This document shows positions 52,130 to 61,772 of a stretch of 64,000 bases of DNA, one piece after another; positions within the stretch are counted from its first letter, which is position 1; each line of letters starts with the position of its first letter. Location: assembly GCA_964291285.2 (NCBI GenBank), contig OZ219785.1, positions 736,001-800,000 of the forward strand. Reading direction: 5' to 3'. Origin of the DNA: Alphaproteobacteria bacterium. Its GTDB lineage: Bacteria; Pseudomonadota; Alphaproteobacteria; Bin95. Made by a program: the position numbers and the translations under genes. Under the pieces are notes generated by a model. The model was not told where the DNA came from. It was given only the letters and a program-made list of their open reading frames with translations, and did no database searches.

Positions 52130-53152
52130 ATGTGCGAGCAGCAGGACATCGGGGCGCGGCGCGCGCGGAACCTGGAGCGCTGGCGTCGTCGGGTTGCCGA
52201 CCGGCGCGCGCGCGGCAAGTGCATCGGGTGCGGCAAGCGCAAACCCGAGCCCGCGCGGACCCTGTGCGCGTCCTGCGGCGAGAAGCGGAACCGGGCGAGC
52301 CGGGCCAGGGACGCAAGGCTGCGCACCGCCGGCCTCCCCCGGAGAGACCCCGACAAGGCCCGCGCCCAGGAGCGCGACCGGTCCCGCCGCGAGGCTGAAA
52401 TGCGCCGCGACGCCGGGCTCTGCATCCGGTGCGGCAAGCAGCCGGCCGCCGATGGCCGTGCGTCCTGCGAGCCGTGCCTGGAGAAGCGCCGGGCAGCCGA
52501 CCGCGCGAAATACGCCGCCGGGAAAGCCGCCGGCCTCAAGTATGGCGGGGCCGATGCCGAAGCCAAAAGGCGCGCCGCCCGGGCGAAGAGCAAGCGCCGC
52601 CAGAAAGCCCGGATCAAGACGGGACTCTGTATCCGCTGCGGCAGGCAGCCCCCTGCCGGGGGCGGAACCACCTGCCAGCCCTGCCGGGACAGGAGGCAGG
52701 CGGCGGAACGGCGGCAATACCGGGACCGGCGCCGGGCCGGGCTCTGCACCCGGTGCGGCGCCGCCGTCCATGACGGTCTGTCGCGCTGCGCTGCGTGTGC
52801 CGCCATCGAGGAGGCCAGCCACGACCCGGAGCGCAAGAACGCGCGCTCGCGGCAGTTGTACGCCCGACGCCGGGCCGCCGGCCTGTGCACGGCCTGCGGG
52901 GCGCCGTCACAGGGGGCGGCGCGCTGTGCGCCCTGTGCCGAGAGGTCGTATCACGGCTCGGCGCATTTCAGGGGCATCCCGGTCCACGAGCCGGTCTGGA
53001 CCGTGATCGAACTGGGGACCGGCCGCGAGCACGGTCCGTTCGACGATCCGGCCGATGTCGCCCTCTGCCTCGCCTTCGGGAAGCTCGACCGCAACCGCGT
53101 CGAGATCGTCGCCGACGCCCCCGTCACCGCCTCCTTCACCGCCTGGACCTGA
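52130..53152 (+). CDS. Arg-rich protein with five Cys4 zinc-finger-like repeats
   Basis: G(L/K)CxxCG-x8-10-CxxC repeated five times; AAGGAG RBS before ATG 52130. Confidence 0.75.
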   Translation: MCEQQDIGARRARNLERWRRRVADRRARGKCIGCGKRKPEPARTLCASCGEKRNRASRARDARLRTAGLPRRDPDKARAQERDRSRREAEMRRDAGLCIRCGKQPAADGRASCEPCLEKRRAADRAKYAAGKAAGLKYGGADAEAKRRAARAKSKRRQKARIKTGLCIRCGRQPPAGGGTTCQPCRDRRQAAERRQYRDRRRAGLCTRCGAAVHDGLSRCAACAAIEEASHDPERKNARSRQLYARRRAAGLCTACGAPSQGAARCAPCAERSYHGSAHFRGIPVHEPVWTVIELGTGREHGPFDDPADVALCLAFGKLDRNRVEIVADAPVTASFTAWT

Positions 53153-53320
53153 CATGCTGTCCCGGGCGGCGATGGCGGCGCTCGCCTGGCCGCGATCCGC
53201 CGCGCCGTCCCTGTGTCGTGGAGAGGAGTGAAGCGCCTGCCGGGCGAGTGTCCGGCAGGGCGGAGGAGAGGAACTCCCCGCGCCGATGCCGGATCGGACA
53301 CCGGCAGAGGAGTTCCCGCC

Positions 53321-53527
53321 ATGTTCCATCCCGATACACCCCTCGACCTTCCGCTCGGCTGCGACCTGCTCGCCGAACTCGGCGTCGACCATCGCACCGT
53401 CCGCGAGATCGCCGAGGACGAGCGTGCCATCCGCTGTCCCGACCGGGGCGCGGCCTGTCCGGTGCACGGCTTCGCGAGCCTCTTCCCGGAACCGGCGTCG
53501 TCGTTCTCTCCGGGCGGTCAAGGGTAG
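53321..53527 (+). CDS. Small hypothetical protein (CP.R..ACPVH)
   Basis: GAGGAG RBS, GC3 bias. Confidence 0.45.
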   Translation: MFHPDTPLDLPLGCDLLAELGVDHRTVREIAEDERAIRCPDRGAACPVHGFASLFPEPASSFSPGGQG

Positions 53528-53631
53528 AGGAGGGCCTGAAGAGATTGAACGGGCGGGGGTTCGGGGGAGTGACCCCGGCCCCGGTCGTTCGCAACCCATC
53601 GTCATCAACACGAACCTGAAGGAGTATCGCA

Positions 53632-54078
53632 ATGAGCTTCGGATTGAACAAGGTGCAGATCATCGGCCGCCTCGGCGCGGACGTCACCATCAACCACCTG
53701 CAGAACGGCGGCCGCGTGGCCAATCTGAGCGTTGCCACCGACGAGAGCTACATCGACCGGAACGGCAGCGGCGAGCGGATCGACAGGACCGAGTGGCACC
53801 GGGTCGTGACCTTCCAGGACGGGCTGATCGACATGCTGGTCAAGCACGCCACGAAGGGCCGGCTGGTCTACATCGACGGCAAGCTCCAGACCCGGCGCTG
53901 GAAGAAGCCGGGCGAGGACTCCGACCGCTTCTCGACCGAGATCCTGCTGGTCCCGGGCGGGCGCGTCCAGTTCCTCGACAAGGCGAACGGCAACGCCGCG
54001 CAGCCCGGCCCGGACGCGGCGGACGGTTCCGTGCCGGCCGGCGGCGACCCGATGGACGAGGACCATATCCCGTTCTAG
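53632..54078 (+). CDS. ssb: Single-stranded DNA-binding protein with acidic C-terminal tail
   Basis: LNKVQIIGRLGAD, VATDE, TEWHRVV, KG..VYIDGKLQTR.W, DEDHIPF. Confidence 0.92.
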   Translation: MSFGLNKVQIIGRLGADVTINHLQNGGRVANLSVATDESYIDRNGSGERIDRTEWHRVVTFQDGLIDMLVKHATKGRLVYIDGKLQTRRWKKPGEDSDRFSTEILLVPGGRVQFLDKANGNAAQPGPDAADGSVPAGGDPMDEDHIPF

Positions 54079-54261
54079 AGCTTCCCGTTCTTCCCCCCCC
54101 CACAGGGCCGGCGCCTCGTGCGTCGGCCCTTTTCTCATGCGGGCAGGTTCGAGTCTCGCCGCGGCGCATACGGGAGTGGGAGCGAGGCTGGAAAGCGGGT
54201 GAACCGCGCGAGGAGGAGAGGGAGCCCGCTCGCGCACCCGTCACGCGACCCGGAGAACCCG

Positions 54262-54489
54262 ATGAGCACCATCTCCTTCCGCCGCATCGCCCCCGACGAA
54301 TCCCGCATCTACCGGGACGGCGACCATGTCGGCGACATCCACGCCTTCGACGACAGCATCCGGCCGGGGCGCAGGGTGTTCGCCATACATCTCGACGAGG
54401 ACCCGCGCGGGCCGGTGTATCTCCACGACCGCACCCGCATCCGCGAGACCGCCCGGCAGCGGGTCGACTCCCATCCCCTGTGGAACTGA
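54262..54489 (+). CDS. Hypothetical protein
   Basis: GGAG RBS, MSTISFRRI...HL.EDPRGP; GC3 bias. Confidence 0.55.
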   Translation: MSTISFRRIAPDESRIYRDGDHVGDIHAFDDSIRPGRRVFAIHLDEDPRGPVYLHDRTRIRETARQRVDSHPLWN

Positions 54490-54862
54490 CGCAAGGGCGG
54501 GCAACGGCGCCTCCCGCTCCGGCGCCGTGCCGGGCCGAAACGACGATGGGGTCCGTGCAGGGCGAGAGAAATACGCCACCCCGCTGTGATCTCCAATCGT
54601 GTCACACGTGCTCGCGACAGCAACCCCTGCGGGGTCCTCCGGTCGCTCCGCTCCCTGCGGCCCGGGCAAGAAGCTCCAAGGGCGGACCGTGAAAGTCGAC
54701 GACCGTGAAGATCGCAGGGCGATCTTCCGCACCATCGCCGACTTTCCGCACCACTCCGCCCCAAGAGCTTCTACGCCCGGGTGCTTCTGCTGCGCGCGCG
54801 TGCCCCGACAGGACATCACAACGGGGATCGGCCCCGAACGTGAAAACCGAAAGGAAAACGAC

Positions 54863-55789
54863 ATGACCTTCCATACCGATACCACCGAAACCGCAGCACA
54901 GTCCGCAACCGCGATCGTCTGCGACAACGCCGTTCTCTTCGGCGCAACCCCCGAGCGCGACGAGTTCGACACCCGGGAGATCTGGGACCAGGACGAGGCC
55001 ATCACCGCCGTCGCCGAAGCCTTCCGCATCCTCAGCCAGGGCGTCGCGCCCGACGGATACCAGATGGCAGACGAACGCGAACACCTCCTCTGGGGCTTCG
55101 TCAACATGCTCCACGCACAGACACAGCGCCTCGACCGCGCCGCCGACAGGCTCACCCCCGAACTCCAGGACCTCCAGCGCACACAGGACGGCTCCGAGAT
55201 CAGGTCGCTGGAACTGGAACTCGTGACCGACCGCGCACAGTGCCTCACCGCACGCCGCGACGCCTTCGAGACCCTGCGCAACGAGGCCGCCGAAGCCTAC
55301 CGCGCAGACACCGGCGACACTTGGCGGCCCCGGCGCGGCAGCCACGCCAGCCAGACCGGACATCTGACCTCCGCTGCCATCGACGCCCGCGACTTCGTCC
55401 GCGCCCGAAAGGACCGCAAGACACAGGCTCACCTGCCCCAGGGAACCCTCGTCGCCATCGCAGGCGGAAAGGACATCGCAAACCCGGCGGCGGTCATCGA
55501 GCGCCTCGACAAGGTCCGCGCCAGGTATGCCGACCTCGTGCTCGTGCATGGCGGCGGCCCCGGCGTCGAGAAGATCGCCGCAAGCTGGGCAGAGCGCAAC
55601 GGCGTCCACCAGGTCGTCTGCAAGCCCGACTGGGACCGCCACGGTCGCGCCGCACCCTTCCGCCGCAACGACGAACTGCTCAACCTCCTGCCCAAGGGCG
55701 TCATCGCCTTCCCCGGCTCCGGCATCACCGAGAACCTCGTCGACAAGGCGAAGCAGCTCGGCATCCCGGTGATGAAGGTAGCAGCCTGA
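54863..55789 (+). CDS. DUF2493 (YspA/SLOG-like) domain protein
   Basis: LLWGFVN.LH, W.P..GS, VAIAGG.D, LVHGG, G.E.IA..WA, PDW..HG.AAPF.RND, FPG.GIT.NL..KA; AAGGA RBS. Confidence 0.8.
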   Translation: MTFHTDTTETAAQSATAIVCDNAVLFGATPERDEFDTREIWDQDEAITAVAEAFRILSQGVAPDGYQMADEREHLLWGFVNMLHAQTQRLDRAADRLTPELQDLQRTQDGSEIRSLELELVTDRAQCLTARRDAFETLRNEAAEAYRADTGDTWRPRRGSHASQTGHLTSAAIDARDFVRARKDRKTQAHLPQGTLVAIAGGKDIANPAAVIERLDKVRARYADLVLVHGGGPGVEKIAASWAERNGVHQVVCKPDWDRHGRAAPFRRNDELLNLLPKGVIAFPGSGITENLVDKAKQLGIPVMKVAA

Positions 55790-56427
55790 CCGCAACGCAT
55801 CGCGGGCCGTGTCGTCGCTCCGGCGGCGGCACGGTCCGTTTCCTCTTTCGCACATCGATGACGCGGCAACGCCAACCTCGCGCGCTTCGCGCCGCACTCG
55901 TGCTCCGGCTTCGCCGATCGCGCTTGCGTTCCGCGTCCGCGTCACGCGCCGCTGCACCATGCTTCGCCCGGGTGCATCGCCGTCCGCGCCGATCCCGGCG
56001 CACCGCCCGCCGCACTTCCGCCAGCGTGACTGTCGACGGCACTGCCGGCGCTGCCGCCCGTCCGCTCGGCACGGTGCTTCGCACCAGTGCCCGCGCTCGC
56101 GCCGGCGAGGCCGTCCGCTCACACGCCGCGGCGGCTCCCCTCCGCCGGGTTCCCCGGCGTCGATTTCCCCATCGTGAATGCTATCCCTTCCGGCTCTGTC
56201 TCGACGGCGGAGCCGCTATTTCGTCACACCCGACGCATCCCTGATGCAAAGAGCGAGGCCCGGCCGGCCTGCATCGGTCGGCAGTTTTCCGTTGCGTGAC
56301 AGACGGTTGGGCCTGGCCCGGCCTCTGACCGCGGTTTCGCGCGCGGGTCGCGTTGTCCGTTCAGGAGCGCCGTTCCGTTCCCCCGGGACGGACGGCGCCC
56401 GAGGGAACAGACAACGGAGACACGCCC

Positions 56428-57564
56428 ATGCGCATCCATGCCCCTGTCAACGAGCGGACGGTCCGCCGCACCTTCAGGGAGAAGAAACCCGGACGATACG
56501 GCCTGACCGTCATCGACAGGGACCTGCCCGCCTTCGGCTTCACCGTCGCCGGGAACGGAACGAAGACCTTCTTCGTCCGGACCTCACGCCAGTTCGGCGC
56601 GCCCAGGGCGATCCTCGGCACGACCGACGACATGACCGCCGCCGAGGCGAGGGAGAAGGCCATTGCCGCCATCGCCGAAGCCGGGGCCGACCGCGAGACC
56701 GGGCCGCTGTTCGCCGACTTCGCGGCCGACTTCATGCGCCGCCAGGGGCGGCGCTGGAAACCCTCCACGAGGAAGGCCAACGCCCATCTGATCGAGCGCC
56801 GCCTCGTGCCCTTCTTCGGCGCGATGCCCGTCGCGAAGATCGACCGCGCCGATGTGCGGCGCTGGTTCGATTCCCTCAGCGGAACCCCCGGCAGCGCCAA
56901 CCGGACCCTGCCGGTGCTCTCGGTGATGATGCGCCAGGCGGAGCTATGGGACCTTCGCCCGCAGGGTTCCAACCCCTGCCGCAACATGCGGCGCTACAGG
57001 ACGGCGCCGCGCGAGCGGTTCCTGTCCCTGGACGAGTTGAAGCGCCTCGGCTTCGTTCTCGACCATGCCGAGGACCGGCAGGCCGCCGCCGCCATCCGCC
57101 TGCTGCTGTTCACCGGCGCCCGGTCGTCCGAGATCGCCGGCCTGCAATGGGACTGGATACGGGACACCCGCGCGGTGTTGCCGGACTCCAAGACCGGACC
57201 GAAGGCGCTCCAGCTTCCCCCGCCCGCGCGGGCCGTCCTGAATGGCCTGCCGCGCGAGGGACGCTTCGTCTTCCCGAACGGGAAGGGCGACGGCCCGATG
57301 ACCGGCCTCGGCCTGCGCTGGCAGAAGCTGCGCGGTCTCGCCGGGCTGGACGATGTGCGCATCCACGACTGCCGGCATACCTTCGCCTCCCATGCCGTGA
57401 TGAGCGGCCTCGACCTCTACACCGTCGGCCGCCTGCTCGGCCATGCCGATACCGCCTCCACCGAACGCTACGCCCATCTCGCCGACGAGCATGTCCGCGA
57501 GGCGGCCGGGCGCATCTCCGGCATCGTCCACGAGGCCATGACCGGGAAGGAGAGCGGGCGATGA
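56428..57564 (+). CDS. Tyrosine recombinase/integrase (first of tandem pair)
   Basis: Arm-type N-terminus D..LPAFG..V...GTKTF, TGARSSE, DSKTG, IHDCRH, LLGH, TERY. Confidence 0.92.
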   Translation: MRIHAPVNERTVRRTFREKKPGRYGLTVIDRDLPAFGFTVAGNGTKTFFVRTSRQFGAPRAILGTTDDMTAAEAREKAIAAIAEAGADRETGPLFADFAADFMRRQGRRWKPSTRKANAHLIERRLVPFFGAMPVAKIDRADVRRWFDSLSGTPGSANRTLPVLSVMMRQAELWDLRPQGSNPCRNMRRYRTAPRERFLSLDELKRLGFVLDHAEDRQAAAAIRLLLFTGARSSEIAGLQWDWIRDTRAVLPDSKTGPKALQLPPPARAVLNGLPREGRFVFPNGKGDGPMTGLGLRWQKLRGLAGLDDVRIHDCRHTFASHAVMSGLDLYTVGRLLGHADTASTERYAHLADEHVREAAGRISGIVHEAMTGKESGR

Positions 57565-58937
57565 GCGGCGGCAGGCATCGTGTCCGGCTCACCGTGAAGG
57601 CCGTCGCCGCCGCCAAGCCGGCGGAACGGGAATACACCCTGTGGGACAATCTGCTGGCGCATTTCGGGGTCAGGGTGCAGCCCTCCGGCGTCCGGTCCTG
57701 GATCGTCCAGACCCGCGTCCGGGGACGCATGCGCAAGATCACCCTCGGGCGCTTCCCCGAACTGCCTCTCGACGCAGCCCGCCGGGAAGGCGCGGCCGTG
57801 CTCGCCCACCTGTGGGGCGGCGAGGACGTGACGCCGCCGCGCAAGGAGAAGGCGCCGCTGTTCCGGGACTTCGCCGCCCGTTACCGCTCGCGGCGAAAAC
57901 ACCGCTGGAAGCCGTCCTCGCTCAAGACCTTCGATAGCTACATGAAGAACCGCCTGATGCCGCATTTCGGCAGGCTCCGGCTCGACGCCATCGACCATGC
58001 GCGGGTCTCGGCGTGGTTCGACGCCGCCAGCGCGGACAGGCCCGGCGCCGCCAACCGCGCCTTCGAGATACTCCGCGCCATGCTCGGGACGGCCCGGCAG
58101 TGGGGCGACATCGGCGAGCATGTCCCCGATGCCTGCGCCAACATCGTGAAGAACCCCCGCAAGCCCGTCGCGCGCTACCTCAGCCGCGAAGAGCTGGAGC
58201 GTCTCGGAGCGGTGCTCGACCGCCACCGGAAGGAACACCCCTGGCCGGTGGCGGCCATCCGGCTGTTGACGCTCACCGGGGCGCGGCTCTCCGAAGTCAT
58301 CAACCTCAGGTGGGACGAGATCGGAGAGCTGGGCGGAGACGGCGCGAGCGCGCGCATCGAAGACTCCAAGACCGGCCCGCGCACCATCTGGCTCGGACCC
58401 GAAGCGGCAAGGCTGGTCGAGGCGCTGCCGCGACCGGATGGCCGGGAGCGGGTGTTCCCCGAGACCCTCACATCGGCAAGGCTCTACACCTTCTGGTGCG
58501 GTATCCGCGACGAGGCGGGGCTTCCGGGCCTTCGCATCCACGACTGCCGCCACACCTGGGCCTCGCAGGGCGTCATGAACGGCGTCGGGCTCACCACCGT
58601 CGGACGGCTGCTCGGACACCGCAAGCGGGAGACCACCGCGATCTACGCCCATCTCGACGATGGCGCGCTGCGCGACGCCGCCGCCCAGGCCGCGGCCGTC
58701 ATCGCGCGAGCGATGGGGTACAGGGCGGAAGCGCCTCCGCTGCCGGACGAGGCGAAGCACGGCGATGTGTCGGCTGCCGTGCCCGACTTCTCAATCACTG
58801 ACGGGCCGCCTCATCCGCCCGAAGAGGGGCAAACTCCCCTTTGCGTGAGACCCGAGGGGACCGAGCGGATAGATGGCATCGAGTTGGATAGTGACCCGGA
58901 TGCGCCGACCGGACACCCGGCCCTGGACTGGTTGTAG
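57561..58937 (+). CDS. Tyrosine recombinase/integrase (second of tandem pair)
   Basis: LWD..LAHFGVRVQPSG..SW, TGARLSE, DSKTG, IHDCRH, LLGH, TAIY; ATGA overlap with the first. Confidence 0.92.
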   Translation: MSGGRHRVRLTVKAVAAAKPAEREYTLWDNLLAHFGVRVQPSGVRSWIVQTRVRGRMRKITLGRFPELPLDAARREGAAVLAHLWGGEDVTPPRKEKAPLFRDFAARYRSRRKHRWKPSSLKTFDSYMKNRLMPHFGRLRLDAIDHARVSAWFDAASADRPGAANRAFEILRAMLGTARQWGDIGEHVPDACANIVKNPRKPVARYLSREELERLGAVLDRHRKEHPWPVAAIRLLTLTGARLSEVINLRWDEIGELGGDGASARIEDSKTGPRTIWLGPEAARLVEALPRPDGRERVFPETLTSARLYTFWCGIRDEAGLPGLRIHDCRHTWASQGVMNGVGLTTVGRLLGHRKRETTAIYAHLDDGALRDAAAQAAAVIARAMGYRAEAPPLPDEAKHGDVSAAVPDFSITDGPPHPPEEGQTPLCVRPEGTERIDGIELDSDPDAPTGHPALDWL

Positions 58938-59213
58938 ACCTGTCCCCGCGTTGGGGCGTGAATCTCGTATGGCGATGATGGCGCTGGGCTGAGGGTCAGG
59001 GTTCATGCGGCGCGGCTGTGTTGGTTTCCGGCGCGTTTGTTTTCGTTGCCGTGAAAATTGTTGGGGATCGGGCGCACAAAACCCCTCCCCGCCAAAGCAC
59101 TGCTCCCGAGGCGTCCGATACTCGCCATCTGCGGCGCCCGTCTTGCGGACCGTGACCGGTAGGCAACCCCGTAAAAGCCCGAAGTCCCGCCCGCGCGGCC
59201 GGCACCTGTTTTC

Positions 59214-60293
59214 ATGATACGGGGTGGCCGACCCGCCCGGCAATGGACGTTTGTGATGGCGGGGACGCGGCTTGTTCCGGATGTCGAGGTGGCGCCGGGC
59301 AACCATCACCATTCGAGGCGCGCGGCGCCGTCCTTGTGGGCGTTGCTCGACCGTCTTGGGCGGGATCGTTGGCCGCGTCTGGTGCGGGGCGACAAGGACT
59401 GGGGCAGCGAGGCCAACATGGCGTCGTGCGAGGCTGCGGGTCCGGACTATCTGTTCAAGCTGCGCCTGACGAAGGGGGCGCGCCGGCTTGCCGAGCGTCT
59501 GATGGCGCGGGACGGCTGGGAGGATGCGGGCCAGGGCTGGTCGGGGATCGGGGCCGATCTGCGTCTGCAGGGCTGGAGCCGGACGCGCCGGGTTGTGGTG
59601 CTGCGCCGGCGGCTTCCTGCGACGCTGGCGCTGACGCGTGGCGACAAGGCCCGGGGCGAGCTGTTCTGGACCGAGGCGCAGCCCGGCACCGGGGTATGGG
59701 AGTTCGCGGTGCTGGCGACCTCGCTGGACCTGGAGATACGCTCGCTGGCCCGGCTCTACCGCGACCGGGCGGACGCGGAGAACGGCTTCGACGAGTTGAA
59801 GAACCAGTGGGGTTGGGGCGGCTTCACCACGCGCGACCTGACGCGCTGCCGGCACATGGCCCGGCTGATCGCGCTCATCTACAACTGGTGGAGCCTGTTC
59901 GTGCGCCTCGCCGACCCCGACCATCACCGCGAGGCGATCACCAGCCGGCCGCTGCTCCTGCACGGGGTTGCCCGCCAGACCCACCACGCCGGCCAGACCC
60001 GGCTGACGGTGACCTCCCATCACGGGCGCCGCAAGACGGTGATGGCGGCGCTGCGCCGGATCGCCGGCTTCTTCCGGTCGCTGACGCAAACTGCGGAGCA
60101 GTTGAGCACCGGGGACCGCTGGCGCTGCATCCTCGCCGAGGCGCTCAGGAAATACCTCCATGGCCGCGAACCGGGGCGTCAACCATGGCTGCCGCCACCC
60201 AGGGCCGCGCCCACAGGCTGAAATCCACGCCCAAATCCGACCGTTCACACTACCCCGAGACAGCGATCAAGCCCGTCAAATGCCGGATTTAGG
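59214..60293 (+). pseudogene. IS1380-family transposase C-terminal remnant with right end
   Basis: LVRGD, YLFKL, LYRDRADAENGFDELKNQWGWGGFTT; end TGCCGGATTTAGG at 60281-60293. Confidence 0.7.
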
Positions 60294-60406
60294 ATGACTA
60301 CAGTCTGCTCGAGAAGCCCAAAATGCCGGAAATCGTGGCTTTGGGGATGCTGCAGCGAGAAAAATGGGCAACGTGCCGAACCTCGATTCCATTCTCAAAC
60401 GGACTG

Positions 60407-61657
60407 TCAGAACTGTCGCACGAAGGAGAGTTCGGCGCGGTTGCGGTCGTAGTCGAGGGCCTGGGCGTTGGTATCGCGCTGCTCGCGGATGAGCGAGAGG
60501 CGGGGGCTGAAGCCGAGCACGGTGACGGCGCGGTTGTGCACGGAGAGCGAGAGGCTGCGCGTCTCGTCCCGGCGCGGCCTGCGGTCGATGGTGTTGTGGG
60601 CGAAGCCCTGTCCCTGGTATGCGGCGCGCTGCAGGGAGGCGCGCAGGCCGAGGGTGAAGCCGGCCGGCAGCGCGAGCGTCGCGCCGAGGCCGGCCCGGGG
60701 TCCGCGGTTGCGCCAGTGTCCGGCATTGGCGCGGGTCCAGTTGTATCCGGCATGGCCGCCGAGGCGCAGGACGGGCAGGGCGGCCCAGCTTGCGCCGAGC
60801 ATCGCATCGCCCGCCGGGCCGTCGAGATGGTTGCAGCCGCGGCAGTTGCGCCGGGTGGCGCTGGCGTGGGCGAACATGAAGAGGCGCGGCGTCAGGCGGT
60901 GCGCGCCTTCCAGCCGGACGCCGAAGCGGTCGGTCTCGGGCCGCCCGGCGGTCCATTGCCGGTCCACCACCGCCAGCAGGCTCGCCTCCGTGCTCCCGTC
61001 GATCAGCCGGCGCGGGCCGATATGGGCCGAGAGCGAATGGCGGTCGAACGCCCCGCCCTTGTATTCCCGCGCGCTGGCGTCCGCCCCGGCGCGCAGCCGC
61101 AGGGCCGACGACAACGGAACCTGGTATTCGCCGCCGCCCCACAGCGAGACGCCGATGCCCGACTTGCGCGACACGTCGCCGTCGAGGGTGAAGGGCAGGC
61201 GCCCGAACGGCGTGTCGAGAAAGACCGTGCGCTCCCCCGACGCGGCGTTGAGGTTGCTGTCGGGCGCCACCGCCAGGCCGAAATGCGCCTCCCAGCGCCG
61301 CCGCGCGCGCATGATGTCGAGGAAGCGCCAGATGTTGGCGGCCACCGCCGGCGGCGGCGTCCCCGCCAGCACCTGTTCGAAATGCCGCCGCGCCAGGCTG
61401 TCCTCCTCCTTCAGGAAGAAGGCGTGCGCGAGTTCGAGGCGCACCCGCACCAGGTCCGGGCGGTCCACCAGGATGGCCCGGAACGCCGCAATCGCCTCGT
61501 CGAGCTTCCCGTCGCGGGCGTCCCGGTCCGGAGCGGCCTGCGCGGCGGCAAGCGCCTCCATGCCCGCCCGGAACCGCTCGCCGGTCGCGTCCTGGCCGTG
61601 GGCGGCGGCGGCGAACAGGCACAGCCCGGCGGCAATGACGAGAGCGGGTATGCGCAT
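60407..61657 (-). CDS. Surface lipoprotein assembly modulator (Slam)-like OM protein (TPR + DUF560 barrel)
   Basis: Signal peptide, TPR (RVRLELA.AFF....D.LARRHFEQVLA), APDSNLN, C-terminal Y.RNR..LSF.RQF. Confidence 0.85.
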   Translation of the reverse strand: MRIPALVIAAGLCLFAAAAHGQDATGERFRAGMEALAAAQAAPDRDARDGKLDEAIAAFRAILVDRPDLVRVRLELAHAFFLKEEDSLARRHFEQVLAGTPPPAVAANIWRFLDIMRARRRWEAHFGLAVAPDSNLNAASGERTVFLDTPFGRLPFTLDGDVSRKSGIGVSLWGGGEYQVPLSSALRLRAGADASAREYKGGAFDRHSLSAHIGPRRLIDGSTEASLLAVVDRQWTAGRPETDRFGVRLEGAHRLTPRLFMFAHASATRRNCRGCNHLDGPAGDAMLGASWAALPVLRLGGHAGYNWTRANAGHWRNRGPRAGLGATLALPAGFTLGLRASLQRAAYQGQGFAHNTIDRRPRRDETRSLSLSVHNRAVTVLGFSPRLSLIREQRDTNAQALDYDRNRAELSFVRQF

Positions 61658-61772
61658 GAAAACCATTGTCCGTGCAAGGGGAACCTCCGGCAACCCGGAG
61701 GGCGCCGGAGGAAAGAAGGCCCCGGCCGCCTGAAGCAGCCGGGGCCCGAAAAGGTGATGCTCCGGGAGCCGG

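Noticed and set aside
54143-54170. GCAGGTTCGAGTC resembling a tRNA T-arm / attR
   Set aside because: Does not continue as the tRNA-fMet 3' end (TCAAATCCTGCCCCCGCAACCA) and forms no cloverleaf; no convincing attR was found by eye in the window
56178-58937. 919-aa single giant integrase
   Set aside because: The upstream part is an off-frame overlap of the first integrase; there are two separate genes with an RBS and ATGA overlap
58938-59213. Possible additional IS end or transposase tail after the integrase pair
   Set aside because: No partner IR, TSD or recognisable motif could be established
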